A stretch of 56,751 nt of DNA from Chara braunii. Lineage: Eukaryota; Plantae; Charophyceae. The stretch is from the NCBI GenBank assembly GCA_003427395.1, contig BFEA01000018.1, positions 2,335,344-2,392,094 on the forward strand, given 5' to 3'. Shown piece after piece: positions 49,105 to 56,751 of the stretch (positions within the stretch are counted from its first letter, which is position 1; every line of letters begins with the position of its first letter). A program made the translations under genes and the position numbers. The notes beneath the pieces are model-generated. The model saw nothing but the letters and a program-made list of their open reading frames with translations, was not told the DNA's origin and made no database searches.

Positions 49105-49480
49105 TGAAATGGGACTGGAGATGAGGTCCTTCTGACTGATCCGGTCACTTTGCTGCTTGCCTAAGGTATCGAAATGGGGCTGGAGATGAGGTCCTCCTGA
49201 CTGATCCGGTCGCTTTGTTGCTTGCCTAAGACATTGAAATGAGGCTGGAGATGAGGTCCTCTTGACTGATCTGGTCGTTTTGCTGCTTGCCTAAGATATG
49301 TAAATGAGGCTGGAGATGAGGTCCTCCTGACTTATCCGGTCGCTTTGCTGTTTGCGTAAGACATTGAAATGAGGTTGGAGATGAAATCCTTTTGACTGAT
49401 CTATTCGTTTTGCTCGTTTGCCTAAGACATTGAAATGAGGCTGGAGATGAGGTCCTCCTGACTGATCCGGTCGCTTTGCT
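49105..49480. repeat. 65-bp tandem repeat, about 6 copies
   Basis: gaaatgaggctggagatgaggtcctcctgactgatccggtcgctttgctgcttgcctaagacatt at 49106, 49171, 49236 and onward. Confidence 0.95.
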
Positions 49481-52307
49481 AAGTTAGTCAGTTTTGCTTA
49501 GTGATGAAAGTCAGACTCTTCTCTTGTGAGAATAGTCCAGACTAGCGTGTTGGTGATTGCATGGGGTTTGACTGAGAACAATTTGGAAAGGTAATTAACT
49601 AAGTAAGATACATGACTTATGTTTTTGTTATCAAAACAAGCGAAGGATGGACACTTTGGATGAACGAACCTTTGTTTTGAATTGGTTGAATGCGTTGCGG
49701 ACATGACATGCTTGGTGACAATGCCTTGTCTTTCGGAGTCTATTAGTGCTCGCCTTATGCTTGAGCAATAGGCCAGTTAGTGCTCGCCTTATGCTTGAGC
49801 AATAGGCCAGTCGATGTCCACTTTTTGTTTTTCGCATTTGTATTTTCATGCATGATTGTTTTTAGTAGAACATTGGCTAGCCTCTGAGTTAGTAGAATTT
49901 CTGAGAGCCTTTTTTTCTTAGGGGAGATGTTGTCGAAAGTTCTGCTAAATACTCAAAGTTAGTCAAGTTTCAGAGATGTCAGCTAGGATAGGATATAGTT
50001 TAGTCCCTGGGGACAGTAGGAATTATGAAAACCTTCCTTTCTAAAGAAAATGCTGCCAAAATTTCTACTAAAACCAAAGAGTTAGTTTATCTTCATATAT
50101 TTTCAGAGTTACAAGTTTTTTTTATAGATTTGGTATAGTAAATATTCTTCGAGCACACTTCCCTAGAGGAAGTGCTGCTGAAATTTTCAGGATTTTCACA
50201 TCGTTACCGGATGCTACTGCTAAGTAGCTCAAAGTGCAATACGGAGTTGAACTCCGTTAACTCGATAGGCGATGTCTGCCTTGATTTTGTGACGCAGGTC
50301 ATTACTACCCGCGAGTGTTCTTCGAAGTTCGCTTCATCAACTTCTCTTATCAGATTGATAGCAGGTCGGTTCATATCGCCACTCGAGGTCATTGCTACCT
50401 GTAACGTATGCACGTGGCCTAGGATCTATTCATATCGCCACTCGAGGTGACCAACTTCTCTATTCCCCCTCAATTCCCACAGACTAAGGCTAGGCGTGCA
50501 CCTGTGTTCCCCAATCATTCCATCTCCAGACATAAACGGGGAGTATGCATGCAAAAATGAGACGATCCAACCTCAATCCTCACTTGGGGCATCATCCATA
50601 AAAGAAGGCAGTTTAAGAGAACTCCGAAGAAGAGAGTAAGTCATACATTCATATGGAAAATCCAAAATTACAGAGGCAAAAAAGAATGGCGGAAGCCGCA
50701 ACCAAAATTCTTAGAAAGCACGGAGAGAAGACCACATAAACCCCAGTGCCCCACACGCTCTCACCACTTTCACCACCCTCCTCACTTCGCACCTACCAAC
50801 AACCCATAGTTGTCATCTCGCTTAGCCCGAGTACGCACGTCGGGTTCGCTCGTGCCCCGCAGTCCGTCGCGGCCACACGTCAACCCCGCACGCTCACCAC
50901 CAGCTCGTCGGATCGCCCAACCCCGAACTCACCTTCATGCATGCCGACACTCGTTAGCTGATCCTCCCGACCGTGGCAACTTCACAAGTTTAGATCAGAG
51001 AGGGATTTTGTCGTTCTTCCGAAATTTATATCAACTAGTATATGTGCGAAATAGTTGGGATTATGCTAAGGCAGGGGGAGAGGAAGGAAGAAGGTGCCTA
51101 CGGTCACCATGCCTGGGCCGCGGCGTGGGGGATGTAGCCACTCTCCACGCATCAATCCAGTCATGCACCGCTCAGGCCAATGAGACAAAGGGAAAACATG
51201 TTTCAGTGCGAAGAGAAGTCAAGAGGGAGAAGATTACAGTTACACCCGCACTTGCCGAGAGAGGGACAAGAGGAAATTGCAGTTGCGATTAGACTTAAAG
51301 CGCGTCAGGAACAAAGTGCAAGACAGGGCGCCGCAAGGCGCGTGCGAGTAACAAGCAATGTGCAGTTACAACCAAAAACACAATGTTCCCAAAATCCTAG
51401 TCTAATTAGAATTTTAATTGCAAAAAAAAAGAAATTCCGAATACACGCGCGGTTCCCTGCACTCTCTTCAAAGAGTTCAGAAAGTCAAAAGATTTGCCCA
51501 CACGATGATCGCACAAAAATTCCCTGCCCGAATTTCCTAAAAGAAAAAGAAAAGGCCCCGTCAACCGTTATTCCTGTGCTCGTTAAGGCACGTTCTGACG
51601 ACAATCAGCTGGGGAACCAAGTTCTCGCAAAATCGAGGAAAAAGGAAAGTGGGCATTCATGCAATTAGCTCTTAGGCCCATCCGATCGCCCCGATGTTCG
51701 GCCGTGGAGAAAGCCACGCCCATCAGAAGATAGATCGTTACAAGGCAACATCAGCTAACATAAGTAATCCTTTTTTTAGAACCTGGAATTTAGGCCGGCG
51801 AGAGAAAGGATTCATGCGCTGCTGCTGTCTGGCCCCGGTACTGTGTACCATTTTCTTTGTACCATTGGCCGCAGTAGAACCTTCAGGAAGGTATAGTACA
51901 TGCCAATACGATTGGATAAGGTTGGTAGGAACATTAGTAAGCTTCTAGTAGTCGGTAGGTAGGGAGTCGCAATCTGTCGAGCCCCAGTCCAGTTGTAGTT
52001 GCACCTCAGTCACAGGGAAGACCCATTGTAGATGGCAGCAGGGCCTGGCAAGAGAGGGTCAGGGCTCATGTGGGAGAGGCACGCAGAAGGCAGGGCAGTA
52101 CCAAGATCTGCCTCTTCTTTGATTCTGGCTTATGCGGATGTGCTGCTGCATTACCAAGTGCCAAGATCTTGAACAATAAACAGTGTTTGACATGAGTGTA
52201 GTCGCGCCACGACTATCGTGTAGCGCAGTGAGAGTGAGGGAGAGCAGAGAGGACATTTAGAGAAAGATTGCAAGACTTGTGCACAGATTCATGTAGTATT
52301 TATAGTG

Positions 52308-52399
<92 letters not shown>

Positions 52400-52418
52400 N
52401 NNNNNNNNNNNNNNNNNN

Positions 52419-52506
<88 letters not shown>

Positions 52507-52628
52507 GGTTGAACATGCTACTAACACAGAGTAGCCTTGATCAGATGTTCCACAAAAGTTCCCTGTCATAACACACAACGTACATCAGGTTCTGATCTCT
52601 AGAATTGCAGCACACATTTCCATGGCGT

Positions 52629-54194
52629 TGTTGAGCATATCAGTCCGGCACCGCACAAGGCAGCGCGAGACCCTCCCGGCCGCGTCACGCAGGAGTCGGT
52701 CTAAATCCTCATAGTGAATATACACGGAGCTTCCGCAAGCCGCTCCGACCGAGTGCGCCAGCCATACCTCCCGCGAGCCCCTACCACAGGATAGGGCCTA
52801 CGCGAGGCACGACTTACCTCCACCTTTCGGGAGTTGTCACCTCCTTTGGTGGGCGTATCCCCGCCGAGCTACCAGTCCGCAGTACGAAAGCTACTCGGTT
52901 GGAATCGCAGAGGTGGGCCAGGCGAGGGCGTTTCTCGTTCGCTGTATCATAGGGGTATCGGACCCGCACGTGAATTGACATCTTTGGGGGCTGAAGTCCC
53001 AAGCGCGACTCGACGTCGGTCGACTAGGACGCATCCCACTCACCATGCGCACACCACTCTAGCAGACACAAAAGTAAAACACACACGCATTCGCACACAT
53101 ATACGAAACGACAACGGACAAACAACGCGACAACACTCCTAGTCCCTTCAGTAGCCATCCCATAACTTTCCGATGCGAAAATTTGATAGGCGTCGTGCGC
53201 GAGACTTAGTATAAAACCGCGCGGAAGCAATGCCTACTCATATCGACTAGAAATGTAGTTATTTGCAAGCAGTCGCAATGGTGGCGTACCATGTAGTGCC
53301 CATACTCATGCAGTCCTCGTTAACCTCGAGGGTCACATTCGACACTCAAGTGTCGACTGACACACGCCTTGAGGGTTAATCTCTCGACGCTGGACAACCG
53401 CCCAGTGCGGTTGAGAACCACACCCTCTTCTGCATCCTGCGGAGAGTGGGTGGTACACTTGTTCATAGTTGTGGTGGCAATCGTCTCGTATTGCCCTGGA
53501 GACCAACTCCATCATCTAGGGCCTGGAGATAAGTAAAAGGGTTTGACTTTGACGGTTGCCACGGACTACAACGTCCAATTATAACAACTCTAAAAAACAA
53601 AAATAGGCCGAAGGCCTCCCCATCCCAAAATCACAACCTTGGGTAACCTTTTCGGTTGGCACCAACGGCCTGTACCGACTCTGGGCACACATGTAGACCT
53701 ACGAATCACTTAATACCGTAACTCTAAACACTAGGACGGACGAGCGTCGTGCGCAAGACTTTGATATAAAGTTGCGCGGTTGCAAACCCTTCTTACATCA
53801 ACCAGCGATGCTAGTCATACGAGGCAATCGCAGTTTCGGCCTCGCGATATTGAATGGCTGAAGGAATATATTGTGAGGGGTTGCCCTTCACGATATTGAA
53901 CGGCTGAAGGACATACCGTTCGGCCCTCGCAACATTTCTGCCCTCAGGGTTGGGTGTCTCGACGGGCAGGGCAGATAGGCTCTGAGCAGGGGAAAACTCC
54001 TTCCCTGCCGAGTTTAGGGTCTGGTATGTCTTGGACAAGGACCTCGAATCCAGGCCCAACACTAAGGTCAGACTAGGAAATCCCTAAGAAGCATACAATA
54101 ATATAAAGGGGGGTTTCTTTCTTTTCTCGACCTCAACCCCGATTTTTAACTTTAAGCGTGCCGCACTCAAGCCACGCGAACACCCGTTATAAAT

Positions 54195-54289
<95 letters not shown>

Positions 54290-54584
54290 NNNNNNNNNNN
54301 NNNNNNNNNNNNNNNNNNNNNNNNNNNNNNNNNNNNNNNNNNNNNNNNNNNNNNNNNNNNNNNNNNNNNNNNNNNNNNNNNNNNNNNNNNNNNNNNNNNN
54401 NNNNNNNNNNNNNNNNNNNNNNNNNNNNNNNNNNNNNNNNNNNNNNNNNNNNNNNNNNNNNNNNNNNNNNNNNNNNNNNNNNNNNNNNNNNNNNNNNNNN
54501 NNNNNNNNNNNNNNNNNNNNNNNNNNNNNNNNNNNNNNNNNNNNNNNNNNNNNNNNNNNNNNNNNNNNNNNNNNNNNNNNNNNN

Positions 54585-54679
<95 letters not shown>

Positions 54680-54805
54680 TATGTGTGATCGCAGACGGTC
54701 CAATCGAAAATCCGGACCACAAAACATATTTGCAATCACATCAAAGAGTCAAGCAAGAGTTCATGCACTACACAGAGTCAACTCCAACCAATCTCTATAC
54801 TCATA
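52629..54805 (-). mobile_element. Putative 3' LTR of the main family, interrupted by extra sequence, microsatellite and gap
   Basis: Termini and internal blocks are colinear with 17606-18641; PPT-like aagcgagggg on the minus strand at about 54806-54815. Confidence 0.55.
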
Positions 54806-55891
54806 CCCCTCGCTTTAGCCATGTAAGCCCCAACCTCCATCCAACCAACCATAATTAAATACTCAGTACCTTTGTTAAATGACCATTCAATAAAAGTTCG
54901 GGTGAAAACTTAATAAAACAATAAAATCACCGTGGCTAAAACCTTTTAGGTTGAGTATTGAGGGTGGATTGGAGTTGAGTCGTAAACCGACAAATCGGCG
55001 ACCGACCTGTTATTAGTGATAATAGAAGGTAACCCTCAAGGGATCAAGCTGAACCTAGTCCAAGTCCTGAACCAAATCGATAACGACGACCTATAACACA
55101 AGACAGGTCAATGCCCAAGACTAAGCCTATAAGTCCATGAAGACTAATTTCCTCATCATGATCTTTCCAAATTCGTTTTACTTACCTAAGCCTGAGCCTA
55201 CCTCTAAGCCAGTGCCCAAAGAAAGGTGAACTCATGGCAGAATCTCCCCTATCCAGGCTGGATTACCAGAGTCGCCACCTGTCAAAATATAATCAAACTC
55301 CTCTAAACTAAGAAAATTTCGTCAGCGCTTCCCGTAGGAAAAATGTTTTTTCATAATTTATATAAGTCGAAATATGAACACAGAAATAGTCCTTGACTGC
55401 CCAAAGTCAAATTTTGTCTAACTCCCTGAATTAGCAAAAATTTGGGCAGCACTTCCTTTAGGAAAGGAGACTTCCCTGATTTTTACCAAGCCATGTATGA
55501 AATTTTAGACAAGTTGAACTTTGGAAAGACAAAATTTGATCAACTCCTTGGATTTGAAAAAATTTCGACAGCGCTTCCCGTAGGAAAAGTGGCTTACCAA
55601 GATTTATACAAGCCCAAGTATAATAAATGATTTCAGAAATGCAAAAATTGATCTAAGTAAAAAAAACTATGACAGAAAATGCAGGAATTGAATCTAACTC
55701 ATATCGTTCTAGCACGTGGCGAACCACTAAAGCAACTACCTATCAAACTGAAACTCTGACTAGGTAGTAATCTCACTCAGTCATATGCAAGCCAAACCAC
55801 AAAGGTAAGTACTCTCACCAACCCAAATTACCTTTGGCAAACAATAGTTCATAGTCTCTCAATGATTTAACCCCTTATACCCTGCTTACAT

Positions 55892-56239
55892 AGGGCATTG
55901 AGTTTGGCCATTCGTTCTAGAAACAATGCCAACTCTTTGCCTTTCTTATACACGAACAGGTTGCACAACTACTTCTCTCTTCTTTGGGCATATGACTAAG
56001 CCATTCGTCTTAGAAACAATGCTTAGTTGCCCTGGACTGTTTAAATAGCCAAGTAATATATATTTCTCTGAACTTAATCTTCAAAAGTGAGCGTAGGGCT
56101 GAGCCATTCGTCTTGGAAACAATGCTCAGCCTGCCCAAGTTACCTTCAATTATAACTCTTAGTTATACTCTCTTCATTTGTGATAAGGTTATAGTCAGAC
56201 CATTCGTCTTAGAAACAATGTCTGGCTAGCCTTGTATCA
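55892..56239 (+). repeat. Array of 4 covarying hairpins with core CCATTCGTCTTAGAAACAATG
   Basis: Cores at 55908, 56001, 56104 and 56200, each flanked by its own complementary arms. Confidence 0.85.
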
Positions 56240-56520
56240 TATATATATACAAGGGGACACGTTGCGGCTCCGCCCGCGGCAGAGTAGGAGGCAGGAGAAA
56301 GAAGCGGGAGGCCGAGGCACGAAGAAGGGAGGGGTGGATGTGAGGGATGTGTCCACAACCCCCATATTCACCCACCGGACCTCCCTCGTCCATGTCTCCA
56401 TGTCACCTTCCCCCCCCCCCCCCCCCCCCCCCTATAGATGGATCGGCCCGCCAGGCAAGCCTCAATCCCGGTGGTTCTCTTACCACCACCAGGATAGAGG
56501 CCTTGCATAAGGGCCTTTTC

Positions 56521-56553
<33 letters not shown>

Positions 56554-56751
56554 CGGGCTTCACTCCCTCCTCCATCATCATGATGATGATGCGCATGGGC
56601 CACTTGCCACCGTCTTCTCCCGAACACAATGCAGCCTGAGCACCATGAGTGCAAGTACGTATACAAGCCAACTTTCCGGTCCGATACAAGCATAATGAGG
56701 GTGCATTGTGTACGGGGAGGGGACGACTGTCGCCGTGACACCCCCCCCCCC

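Noticed and set aside
49105-49480. Hammerhead in the 65-bp repeat (CTGACTGA / GATGAG)
   Set aside because: No stem II followed by GAAA and no cleavage-site pairing.
55892-56239. CRISPR array
   Set aside because: Eukaryotic retroelement context with no cas genes, and the spacers pair across each repeat instead of being independent acquisitions.

Overview
Repeat-dominated eukaryotic DNA with five N-gaps, abundant microsatellites and no intact host gene. The plant-type U6 and rRNA pieces and the style of the hAT protein suggest a green plant or alga, possibly a charophyte such as Chara; this is an inference. Ordinary content: a decayed hAT (DUF659-type) transposase at 34.1-37.3 kb, LTRs and 3' regions of one LTR-retrotransposon family, a gag remnant, several MITEs and minisatellites. 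Three unusual systems stand out. (1) A family of short insertions into (TA)n or (CA)n tracts carries a complete type III hammerhead ribozyme; one copy ends at the self-cleavage site. (2) A multi-kb composite repeat in three copies is built from same-strand decayed pieces of structural RNAs (tRNA-like units, U6 snRNA, 28S rRNA, with 28S/18S pieces adjacent to one copy) and begins at a shared 18-bp palindrome. (3) Arrays of regularly spaced hairpins with a conserved loop and copy-specific covarying stems lie in the LTR element's 3' region. All RNA homologies were recognised by eye from remembered consensus sequences, and boundaries are approximate.
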